In this document: piece by piece, positions 21,409 to 33,089 of the stretch
Numbering within the stretch: position 1 is the stretch's first letter
Layout: every line of letters starts with the position of its first letter
DNA from: an uncultured Gammaproteobacteria bacterium
GTDB lineage: Bacteria > Pseudomonadota > Gammaproteobacteria > UBA9214
Assembly: GCA_963710815.1 (NCBI GenBank)
Contig: CAVQCA010000140.1
Location: 4,801-68,800 of the forward strand
DNA length: 64,000 nucleotides
Direction of reading: 5' to 3'
Notes under the pieces: model-generated
Databases searched by the model: none
What the model was told of the DNA's origin: nothing
The model's input: the letters and a program-made list of their open reading frames with translations, nothing else
Program-made: the position numbers and the translations under genes

Positions 21409-22050
21409 ATGAAAGCTTACCAACACGAATTCATCGAATTTGCCATCGAGGCCGGCGTGCTGCGTTTCGGCGACTTCACGCTCAAATCGGGTCGCACCAG
21501 TCCGTATTTCTTCAATGCCGGCCTGTTCAACACCGGCAGGCAGCTCGCCCGGCTGGGACGCTTTTACGCACAAGCCATCGTGGACAGCCGGATCCATTTC
21601 GATGTCCTGTTTGGCCCCGCCTACAAGGGCATCCCGCTGGTGGCGGCGACCGGCATCGCGCTTGCGGACAACCACGAACGGGATGCGCCCTGGTGCTTCA
21701 ACCGCAAGGAAGCCAAGGACCATGGCGAAGGCGGGAATCTTGTCGGCGCCGGACTGTCCGGCCGGGTACTGATCATCGACGACGTCATCACGGCGGGAAC
21801 CGCCATTCGCGAATCCGTCGACATCATTCAGAACGCGGGGGCCGCACCGGCGGGCGTGGTCATCGCGCTGGATCGCCAGGAACGCGGCCGTGATGACCGT
21901 TCCGCCATTCAGGAAGCGGAGGAAACCCTGGGAATCCGGGTTGTCAGCATCGTAAAACTCGAGCACCTGGTCCGTTATCTAAAGGAAAAACCCGGGCGTG
22001 CTGAAGAGGTCGACAGGATACTCGCCTATCGTGAACAGTATGGGGTCTGA
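21409..22050 (+). CDS. pyrE: Orotate phosphoribosyltransferase
   Basis: 213 aa PyrE. Confidence 0.9.
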   Translation: MKAYQHEFIEFAIEAGVLRFGDFTLKSGRTSPYFFNAGLFNTGRQLARLGRFYAQAIVDSRIHFDVLFGPAYKGIPLVAATGIALADNHERDAPWCFNRKEAKDHGEGGNLVGAGLSGRVLIIDDVITAGTAIRESVDIIQNAGAAPAGVVIALDRQERGRDDRSAIQEAEETLGIRVVSIVKLEHLVRYLKEKPGRAEEVDRILAYREQYGV

Positions 22051-22420
22051 TGCCATGAAGAGATTGAGCCAGGAATAGGCTCCCAAACCCGCCGTCAGCA
22101 TCCCTAATGCCACCTCCGCCGCCCGTTCCGGCATTTTCAGGATCAGATTGGCCCCGACGATGACTCCCGGCAATCCAAAGGCCAGGATCACGGTCGCCAG
22201 TCGACGCTCCAGCGGCTCCTCTCTCAAGTGGCGTATCGTTGCGCCGATACCCAAGGCGACAGTGGCAACTTTATGGGTCGCAAGCGCGATAGCAAAGGGA
22301 AGGCCAAGGAAGATCAGCACCGGCAACTGGATGAGTCCGGCGCCCACGCCCGGAAAATGCCGAGAACAGGTTGGCCGCCAATGACACCAGAAACAGGATG
22401 GCTTGTTCCAACCCGTTCAC
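21979..22420 (-). pseudogene. TSUP/TauE-SafE-like membrane protein remnant, frameshifted and 3'-overlapping pyrE
   Basis: Track ORFs 22271..22579 (...EQAILFLVSLAANLFSAFSG) and 21979..22347 (VGAGLIQLPVLIFLGLP...) together form the TSUP motif SG-x-G-x-G but sit in different frames. Only ~145 aa are recoverable, against ~250 for the family, and the reading frame runs 72 nt into the pyrE 3' end. Confidence 0.45.
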
Positions 22421-22509
22421 CGCTTCACCCCATTTGCCGGCATACCGGGTATATACTCCCCCGTCATGGTGAAACACAATACATGCTTCGAAACAGGAAT
22501 CCTCGCAAG

Positions 22510-23136
22510 ATGAAACACTCCCTCCCCCGCCTGGCCTGTCTGATCCTGCTGCCGGCACTGCTTTCGGGTGGCAACGCATTCGCCGAACGCATCTACAAGT
22601 GGGTCGATGAAAACGGGAAGGTCCAGTACGGTGACCGGGTGCCGCCCCAGTACGCCAGCAAGGAGCGCAGCGTCATAGATGACCAGGGGCGAATCATCAA
22701 GGTCTATGCGGCGGCCAAGACACCGGAAGAGAAGGCCGCTGCCGCCGCGCTTGCGAAACAGAAGGCCGAGCAGGAGAAACTTGCCCAGCAGCAGTCGATA
22801 CGTGACCACAGCCTGCTATCGACCTATTCAAGCGAGCAGGACATGCTGATGGCGCGCGACGGCAAGGTCGCTTCCGTGGAAACGCTCATCCAGTTGACCA
22901 ACAGCCGCATCGAAGCCATGAAGAAGCGCCTTGCCGGTCTTACCGAGGATGCCGCGGAATTCGAGCGCAGCGGCAAGAAGCTCCCCGAGGGGCTGTTGAG
23001 CCAGATAAAGACTATCAGGGACCAGATTCAGCAAAACGAGGACTTCGCCAATAAAAAGCACCTCGAAAAGGAGCAGATCGCGCACCGGTTTGATGAGGAC
23101 ATCAAGCGTTACCGCGAACTGACCTCCAGGAGATGA
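22510..23136 (+). CDS. DUF4124-domain periplasmic protein
   Basis: Signal peptide (MKHSLPRLACLILLPALLSGGNAFA) then RIYKWVDENGKVQYGD motif. Start at ATG 22510; the track start 22228 lies inside the TSUP remnant. Confidence 0.6.
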   Translation: MKHSLPRLACLILLPALLSGGNAFAERIYKWVDENGKVQYGDRVPPQYASKERSVIDDQGRIIKVYAAAKTPEEKAAAAALAKQKAEQEKLAQQQSIRDHSLLSTYSSEQDMLMARDGKVASVETLIQLTNSRIEAMKKRLAGLTEDAAEFERSGKKLPEGLLSQIKTIRDQIQQNEDFANKKHLEKEQIAHRFDEDIKRYRELTSRR

Positions 23137-26755
<3,619 letters not shown>

Positions 26756-26794
26756 TACTCACGCTTATCGGCAGGCGGAGCGTCTGGTTGACGG

Positions 26795-27250
26795 TCAATG
26801 ACGACCGGTATGGCCAAAACCTCCCGTACCGCGTGCGCTGCTCGCAAACTCCTCGACCAGCTCGAAATCGGCATGCACCACCGGAACGATCACCATCTGG
26901 GCGATACGCTCGCCGGGCTGTATGGTGAAACTTTCACCACCGCGGTTCCAGCATGAAACCAGTACCTGCCCCTGGTAATCCGAATCGATCAAGCCCACCA
27001 GGTTGCCCAGCACGATGCCGTGTTTGTGGCCGAGACCGGAACGCGGTAACAGCATCGCGGCGAGCCCCGGCTCCTGGATGTAGATCGCCAGACCGGTCGG
27101 AATCAACCGGGTCTCGCCCGGCCCGATCACCAGCGGCGCATCGACACAGGCACGCATGTCCATGCCCGCGGCGCCATCGGTGGCGTAATGGGGCATGGGG
27201 AATTCGTTACCCAGACGACCATCAAGGATCTTAAGCTGAATCTTTTGCAT
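26795..27250 (-). CDS. dut: dUTP diphosphatase
   Basis: 151 aa Dut; overlaps coaBC 3' end. Confidence 0.9.
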   Translation of the reverse strand: MQKIQLKILDGRLGNEFPMPHYATDGAAGMDMRACVDAPLVIGPGETRLIPTGLAIYIQEPGLAAMLLPRSGLGHKHGIVLGNLVGLIDSDYQGQVLVSCWNRGGESFTIQPGERIAQMVIVPVVHADFELVEEFASSARGTGGFGHTGRH

Positions 27251-28472
27251 GCAGTTCGATTACGGATTTCTCTTTTTGTTTGCTGTGGTAACGCGCGGAG
27301 ACCACCTCGAGCAACTGCCGCGCCAGCCGCTCCTTGCGGGTGCGCGCGAGCCGCACGCCACCCCCTTCCCAGAGGACATGCAGGTCGTTGTCCTCCGCTT
27401 CGAATCCCCGCCCCGCCCCGACCGTGTTGGCGGCGATCATGTCCAGCCCCTTGACGCGTAGTTTCTCCGCCGCATGGGCCTCGACATCCTGCGTCTCGGC
27501 GGCGAATCCGACGGTAAACGGCCCGTCGGAAATGGCGGCTACGGCGGCCAGTATATCCGGGTTGTGCTCCAGCACCAGCTTCATTTCCGCGGCGGACTTC
27601 TTGATCTTCGCGGTCGCCGCTGCGCGTGGCCGGTAGTCCGCCACCGCGGCGACCGCGATAAAGATATCGATGCCGGCGACCCGCTCCCTCACCGCGCCCA
27701 GCATCTCCTGCGCCGTCTCGACACCGATACGCTCGACCCGTGCGGGACACGGCAACGACACGGGGCCGCTGACCAGCGTGACCGTGGCGCCGGCCTCAAC
27801 GGCCGCCGCGGCCACGGCATAGCCCATCCGGCCGGAGCTGCGGTTGCCGATATAGCGCACCGGATCGATCGCCTCGCGTGTCGGTCCGGCCGTCACCAGC
27901 ACCCGGCAGCCCGCCAGGGCGCCGGTCTGATAGATGCCGGCGAGTTCCCGTGCGAGTTCTTCAGGCTCAAGCAGACGGCCGGGGCCACTTTCACCGCAGG
28001 CCTGGCTGCCATGCGCGGGACCAAAGACCCGAATGCCGCGCTGGCGCAACAGCGCGAGATTGTCCCGGGTCGCGGGATTCAGCCACATGGCGCGGTTCAT
28101 CGCCGGGGCCACGGCCAGCGGCGCCTCGCAGGCGAGACAGACGGCCGCCAGCAGGTCATTCGCACGCCCTTGCGCAAGTCGGGCGAGAAAATCCGCCGAG
28201 GCCGGCGCCACCAGCAGGACATCCGCCCAACGCGCCAGTTCGATATGCCCCATGGCGGCTTCCGCCGCTGGATCGAGCAGATCGGTGTGTACCGCATGGC
28301 CGGAAAGCGCCTGCAGCGTCAGCGGCGTAATGAACTGCGTCGCCGCGGCCGTCATTACCACGCGCACCAGCGCCCCCTGTTCGCGTAGTCGCCGTACCAG
28401 CTCAGCGCTCTTGTAGGCGGCAATGCCGCCGGTCACGCCCAGCAGGATGTGTTTTCCGGACAAGGTGCTCAT
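27231..28472 (-). CDS. coaBC: Bifunctional phosphopantothenoylcysteine decarboxylase / phosphopantothenate-cysteine ligase
   Basis: Start at in-frame ATG ([21 protein letters not shown], complement 28470-28472); the track start 28541 is a 23-aa extension. Confidence 0.85.
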   Translation of the reverse strand: MSTLSGKHILLGVTGGIAAYKSAELVRRLREQGALVRVVMTAAATQFITPLTLQALSGHAVHTDLLDPAAEAAMGHIELARWADVLLVAPASADFLARLAQGRANDLLAAVCLACEAPLAVAPAMNRAMWLNPATRDNLALLRQRGIRVFGPAHGSQACGESGPGRLLEPEELARELAGIYQTGALAGCRVLVTAGPTREAIDPVRYIGNRSSGRMGYAVAAAAVEAGATVTLVSGPVSLPCPARVERIGVETAQEMLGAVRERVAGIDIFIAVAAVADYRPRAAATAKIKKSAAEMKLVLEHNPDILAAVAAISDGPFTVGFAAETQDVEAHAAEKLRVKGLDMIAANTVGAGRGFEAEDNDLHVLWEGGGVRLARTRKERLARQLLEVVSARYHSKQKEKSVIELHAKDSA

Positions 28473-28597
28473 GAAGCGGGAGTTTATCAAATGGCGGGCG
28501 ACAACGGGCCCGATCCGTCGACAAGAGGATGCAATCCCCAAGTGACACTGCCCCAGGAGATTTCCTGATCGAATGACACTAGGTTAAGGCCAAGCCC

Positions 28598-28670
28598 GAT
28601 AAATAGCCACGGAAGCACGCGGAAGACACGGGAAAAAGATCCTGTATTCCGTGTTGTACCGTGTGATTTC
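28598..28670. repeat. Imperfect palindromic intergenic repeat, copy A (GATAAATAGCCACGGAAGCAC...)
   Basis: gataaatagccacggaagcacgcggaagacacgggaaaaagatcctgtattccgtgttgtaccgtgtgatttc; cacggaa/ttccgtg arms. Homologous to copy B at 48504-48590. Confidence 0.45.
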
Positions 28671-28917
28671 TTGGCGACAGGGGTGTGATTAGGCTTAACT
28701 GGTGCTATTCATTTCCTGATTATCTCTGAAATTCAGCCACGACGTGGCCGGCAGATGCGAAACCTGCCTCCCTCGTTGGCAACCCGCAGGGCAGCACCGC
28801 ATCCGCGGTGACAGGCATTATTTGCCCTCTTCACCACTTTGCGGTTATTTTTGTTCCGGGGCATACGCGCGCCCCCCGGAACACCCGAATACCGGCATTG
28901 ACGACAGGGAGGTTGTC

Positions 28918-29595
28918 ATGGGAACCATCAGGGATTGGCCGGCCGGTGAACGGCCGCGCGAGAAACTGCTCGCTCACGGAGCGCAGGCGCTCTCGGATGC
29001 GGAGCTGCTGGCGATCTTCCTGCGCACGGGGGTGAGCGGCAAGACCGCCGTGGACCTGGCGCGGGAGTTGCTGCAGACTTATGGTGGACTGCGCCCGTTG
29101 CTGGAGGCGGATCGTCGGAGCTTATGCACCATGCACGGACTGGGCATCGCAAAATACGCCCAGTTGCAGGCCGTGCTGGAGATGGCGCGGCGGCATCTGG
29201 CCGAGCAGTTGCAGCGCGCCGACCCGCTGGAGAATCCCGAGGTCACCCGCCGCTACCTCGCCAGCCGGCTGCGCCACCTGCCGCATGAAATCTTCGCCTG
29301 CCTGTTTCTCGATAACCGCCACCGGGTGATCAGCTACGAGGAGCTGTTCCGCGGCACCATCGACGGCGCCAGCGTGCACCCGCGCGAAGTCGTCAAGCGC
29401 GCCCTGCATCACAACGCGGCGGCCCTCATTCTCGCCCACAACCACCCCTCCGGCGTGGCTGAACCCAGCCGCGCGGACATGCAGCTCACGCGCCGCCTGG
29501 TCGACGCCCTGGCGCTGGTGGATATCCGCGTGCTGGATCACTTCATCATCGGGGATGGTGACGGCGTATCGCTGGCCGAATCGGGACTTCTTTGA
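28918..29595 (+). CDS. radC: RadC-family JAB-domain protein (UPF0758)
   Basis: Start at ATG 28918 ([18 protein letters not shown]...); HNHPSG JAMM motif. The last 7 codons lie inside the RIT left terminal repeat. Confidence 0.8.
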   Translation: MGTIRDWPAGERPREKLLAHGAQALSDAELLAIFLRTGVSGKTAVDLARELLQTYGGLRPLLEADRRSLCTMHGLGIAKYAQLQAVLEMARRHLAEQLQRADPLENPEVTRRYLASRLRHLPHEIFACLFLDNRHRVISYEELFRGTIDGASVHPREVVKRALHHNAAALILAHNHPSGVAEPSRADMQLTRRLVDALALVDIRVLDHFIIGDGDGVSLAESGLL

Positions 29596-29601
29596 TATGT
29601 G
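29575..29601. repeat. RIT left terminal inverted repeat (overlaps radC 3' end)
   Basis: 27/27 match to the reverse complement of 32997-33023. Confidence 0.75.
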
Positions 29602-29714
29602 GAGTGCGGATGATGGCGCTGCAGCGTGAGGCCATCATCCGCCCTTTGTACTCCACATAGGTTTTCGCGTCTGACATAGTGTTCTGCCCCCCAACTACGA
29701 CTGTGGAGGGCACC

Positions 29715-30944
29715 ATGAACATTGATCTACGTCCCAGCACACGCCGGATGATCGAAGAGTCCCCGGCGGAGAATGAGGCCATCGCTTTCATCGAGTGGCT
29801 TCGCACCGAGCGCTACACTGACTACACCATCGACTGCCATATTCGACGGCTGCTGTTCGTAATGCCGCGGCTGTGGTCCGGCTCTTCGCCGCCGGTTCTC
29901 CGGGAAGCCGACCTCCTGGTCGTGTTTGGCCGCGAACACCATCCCCGCTCGCGATTCCATGTTTTCGCCGGCACCCGGCGCGTCTACACCCGTTATCTGC
30001 GCGCGCAGGGACGCCTGGCGCCCGAGCCCGCCCCACCCTCTGAGGATATTATTCTTCAGTATGATCAGTATCTTACAGATGTTCGCGGTCTATCTGTTTC
30101 GACCCGCACTCACCATATCATCACTTTGCGCAGGCTGTTGGCGCACGTTCTGAGCCCACGGCGATCCCTGCAGAGGCTCTCACGCAACAATCTCGAGCGT
30201 TTCATCCTCGAGCGCAGCCGGAAGGTCTCCCGTCACTCCCTGCAGCACGAGGTCGCGCACCTGAGGGCGTTCTTGCGCTATGCGTATGATGCAGGTCTGG
30301 TGCACGAGCGCCTCGACGAGCTCGACACGCCGCGCACCTATCGCGACGAGCTACCGCCGCGAGCGCTACCCTGGCCGAGTGTGCTGCAGCTGCTCCGATC
30401 CATCGACCGCACCAGCCGCGGCGGATGGCGCGACCTGTGCCTCCTGCATCTGATTGCCTACTACGGGCTGCGTCCGAGTGAGGTGATCGCGCTGCGCCTT
30501 GACTCGATCGACTGGGAGCAAGAACTCCTTCACGTCTATCAGTCCAAGACGCGCTCGCCACTGACGCTTCCGCTCGACGCGCACACGCTGCAGCTGCTGC
30601 GTGACTACTTGCAGCACGGCCGCGCCGGCTGCGCCAGCGCCTCGTCGATGCTCTTCCTGCGGGCGCGCTGTCCATACATCCCGCTCGAACGCACTGCCGT
30701 CGGAGACATTTTCCGCAAGCGCATGCGCGAGGCAGGACTGCCGGACTGCGCCAAGCACGTATACCGGCTGCGACACACGTTCGCGATGCGCTTGCTCAGC
30801 CGCGGTGTGGGTATGAAGGCGATCGGAGACGTTCTCGGGCATCACAGCTTCTACGGCACAAGTGCCTACTTGAGACTCGATGTGGCCATGCTGCGTAGTG
30901 TTGCTCTCCCAGTTCCGTGCGCGGTGGGAGGGAGCCATGTGTAA
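29715..30944 (+). CDS. ritA: Tyrosine recombinase, RIT subunit A
   Basis: 409 aa from ATG 29715 (GGAGGG RBS); C-terminal catalytic domain with R..HxxR..Y (HTFAMRLLSRGV...YLRLD). Confidence 0.8.
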   Translation: MNIDLRPSTRRMIEESPAENEAIAFIEWLRTERYTDYTIDCHIRRLLFVMPRLWSGSSPPVLREADLLVVFGREHHPRSRFHVFAGTRRVYTRYLRAQGRLAPEPAPPSEDIILQYDQYLTDVRGLSVSTRTHHIITLRRLLAHVLSPRRSLQRLSRNNLERFILERSRKVSRHSLQHEVAHLRAFLRYAYDAGLVHERLDELDTPRTYRDELPPRALPWPSVLQLLRSIDRTSRGGWRDLCLLHLIAYYGLRPSEVIALRLDSIDWEQELLHVYQSKTRSPLTLPLDAHTLQLLRDYLQHGRAGCASASSMLFLRARCPYIPLERTAVGDIFRKRMREAGLPDCAKHVYRLRHTFAMRLLSRGVGMKAIGDVLGHHSFYGTSAYLRLDVAMLRSVALPVPCAVGGSHV

Positions 30945-31908
30945 GCCATCTCCGCTGCATCGCTTTGACGCTGCCGTGCAGGCGTACATCTCGAGTCGGC
31001 GCGCTCTCGGGCGTGCCATCCGGGTCGACGAGTACGTGCTGCACCGCCTGCGGGCCTGTCTCGCACAGGCTGGCTACTCCGACCTCGACGCCCAGAGCTT
31101 CGAGCATTGGCGCCGCCAGCTCCACCACTGCGCCCACAACACCCAGGTCGACTGGGCGATGATGATTTATCGGTTCTGCCGCTACCGTCGGCGTCGCGAG
31201 AACCGATGCTTTCTGCCTCAGCGCGGGACGCTCGGGCGCCATCGGCCGTATCCGCTACCCACGCCGATTGAGGCTGACCAGGTCTGGCAACTACTCGACT
31301 TCATCGACCGCCGTCCGTCAAGTGCCGGTCGTGCCCTGCCACACGCCGTCCACCGTATCGCCATCGTGCTGATGTACACGGCGGGCCTTCGTCGCGGCGA
31401 GGTGGCCCGACTGCGTATGGAGGACGTCGATACAGAGACGGGCGTCCTGCGGATCCGGGGTTCAAAGTTCCACAAGTCCCGGTGGGTACCTCTCTCCCCG
31501 AGCGCCACCCGAGAGCTGCGCGTGTACCTGCGCGTCAGGGCAGCGTTCGTTCCGCGCACCGAGCACAACGCGATGCTGCTCTGCAGGTGCGCCGCGCGTG
31601 GCTACACCGCTGAAGGACTGAGCAAGGCGATACGCGATGTAATGCGCCGCTCAGGCATCTGGACGAATGCCCCGCGCGTGCCACGTGTACACGACTTTCG
31701 CCACGCTTTTGCGGTGGAGGCGCTGCGCCGCTGGTACGAGGAGGGTCGTGACGTACAGTCCGAGCTTCCCAAGCTCTCGATGTACATGGGGCACGTATCG
31801 ATCGCTTCGACCACCTATTACCTACGCTTCATGCCGGCGGTAGTCGCCCTTGCGAGCCAGCGTTTCGCCAGCTCGTGCGTAGAACTGATTGACGGAGGTG
31901 CTGCATGA
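30937..31908 (+). CDS. ritB: Tyrosine recombinase, RIT subunit B
   Basis: 323 aa from ATG 30937 (GGGAGGGAG RBS), overlapping the ritA stop (ATGTGTAA); RHAFAVEALRR...YMGH catalytic residues. Confidence 0.8.
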   Translation: MCKPSPLHRFDAAVQAYISSRRALGRAIRVDEYVLHRLRACLAQAGYSDLDAQSFEHWRRQLHHCAHNTQVDWAMMIYRFCRYRRRRENRCFLPQRGTLGRHRPYPLPTPIEADQVWQLLDFIDRRPSSAGRALPHAVHRIAIVLMYTAGLRRGEVARLRMEDVDTETGVLRIRGSKFHKSRWVPLSPSATRELRVYLRVRAAFVPRTEHNAMLLCRCAARGYTAEGLSKAIRDVMRRSGIWTNAPRVPRVHDFRHAFAVEALRRWYEEGRDVQSELPKLSMYMGHVSIASTTYYLRFMPAVVALASQRFASSCVELIDGGAA

Positions 31909-32936
31909 GTCGCAAGAACCCTACGGCCTTGGGCCGCGATCTGGTCACGTTCTTCGAGGATTTCCTCCCCGTCCAGCGGGGCCTAAGCCCCCACACGATC
32001 CGCAGCTACCGCGACGCGTTGCTGCTTCTTCTACGCTTCACGGCGCGGGAGCTGCACCGCACGGTGGACCGTCTGGACGTGCCGGATCTCACCGTAGAAC
32101 GCATCACACGCTTCCTTGCCGCGCTCGAAGCCGAGCGCCACAACAGCATCGCCACCCGTAATGCGCGACTCGGAGCGATCCACGTCTTTGCACGCTACCT
32201 CGCCGGGCAGTGCCCAGAGCATTTGGGCACCCTGCAGCGGATCATCGGCATGCCGTTCAAGCGAGGGGCGGTAGAGGCTCCGATCGAATATCTTGATCGT
32301 GCCGAGCTCGACGCGCTGCTCAAGAGCATTGATCGTTCAACGGAACTCGGCCGGCGCGACTACGCGCTTTTTGCGTTCATGTTCAACACCGGCGCCCGAG
32401 TCCAGGAAGCGCTCAATGTCCGCGTTGCCGACGTGCGCCTCGAGGCTCCGCCGCAGGTACGGCTGCTCGGCAAGGGTCGCAAGGCACGGACCTGTCCGCT
32501 GTGGCCGGCAACGGCACGCCTCCTGCGCGACCTGATCGCCGAACGAAGTGGCTTTGTCGACGAGTCGGCCTCTCCGCTCGTCTTCACGAACGCCCGCGGG
32601 GCGCCCCTGACGCGCTACGGCGTGTGCTACCTTCTACGGCGCTACGTGCAGAAGGCGTCGCAAGTCGCACCATCCCTCAAGAGCAAGAAGCTTCACCCGC
32701 ACTCGATCCGGCACAGCACGGCGGTGGCGCTGCTCAAGTCCGGCGTCGACTTCGCAACCATCAGTCATTGGCTCGGCCACGCAGGCCTGAACACGACCAT
32801 GCGTTATGCCCGCGCCGATCTCGATCTCAAGCGCCAGGCTCTCGCTCAAGTGTTCCCGGACGCCGTGGCCCCACCGCCCGGCGGGCGACTGCTGCTGGAC
32901 GGCTCCGACCTCGCCGGCTGGCTGCGCAAGCTCTGA
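31905..32936 (+). CDS. ritC: Tyrosine recombinase, RIT subunit C
   Basis: 343 aa; ATGA overlap with the ritB stop; XerC/D-like (RHSTAVALLKSGVD...HAGLNTTMRYA). Confidence 0.8.
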   Translation: MSRKNPTALGRDLVTFFEDFLPVQRGLSPHTIRSYRDALLLLLRFTARELHRTVDRLDVPDLTVERITRFLAALEAERHNSIATRNARLGAIHVFARYLAGQCPEHLGTLQRIIGMPFKRGAVEAPIEYLDRAELDALLKSIDRSTELGRRDYALFAFMFNTGARVQEALNVRVADVRLEAPPQVRLLGKGRKARTCPLWPATARLLRDLIAERSGFVDESASPLVFTNARGAPLTRYGVCYLLRRYVQKASQVAPSLKSKKLHPHSIRHSTAVALLKSGVDFATISHWLGHAGLNTTMRYARADLDLKRQALAQVFPDAVAPPPGGRLLLDGSDLAGWLRKL

Positions 32937-32996
32937 AATATGTGGAGGCCTCCCGCGCGAAAACGCGGGAGGCCTGTGCATGATGATGCACTACTT

Positions 32997-33023
32997 CACA
33001 TATCAAAGAAGTCCCGATTCGGC
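32997..33023. repeat. RIT right terminal inverted repeat
   Basis: Exact reverse complement of 29575-29601. Confidence 0.75.
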
Positions 33024-33026
33024 GAA

Positions 33027-33046
33027 AAATGGTGAGCTCACCATTT
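33027..33046. repeat. 20-bp perfect palindrome AAATGGTGAGCTCACCATTT abutting the RIT right end
   Basis: Self-complementary 20-mer, 3 bp outside IR-R and ~50 bp downstream of the susA remnant on the minus strand. Confidence 0.6.
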
Positions 33047-33089
33047 GCTGGCCGAACGGGGCTGCCTGTAAACGACGAGCATGCCGGTT

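Larger units (their letters stand above)
29575..33023 (+). mobile_element. Recombinase-In-Trio (RIT) element: three tandem tyrosine recombinases bounded by 27-bp perfect terminal inverted repeats
   Basis: IR-L 29575-29601 GCCGAATCGGGACTTCTTTGATATGTG; IR-R 32997-33023 is its exact reverse complement. Both sub-terminal regions carry nested palindromes: left tatgtggagt/actccacata plus ggatgatggc/gccatcatcc; right atatgtggag...cttcacatat plus ggcctcccgcg/cgcgggaggcc. Three overlapping integrase genes lie between. Confidence 0.7.

Noticed and set aside
32949-32976. GC-rich hairpin ggcctcccgcgcgaaaacgcgggaggcc after ritC, considered as an intrinsic terminator
   Set aside because: No T-run follows. 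It is part of the nested palindromes of the RIT end module, so recombinase-site structure is more likely than a simple terminator.
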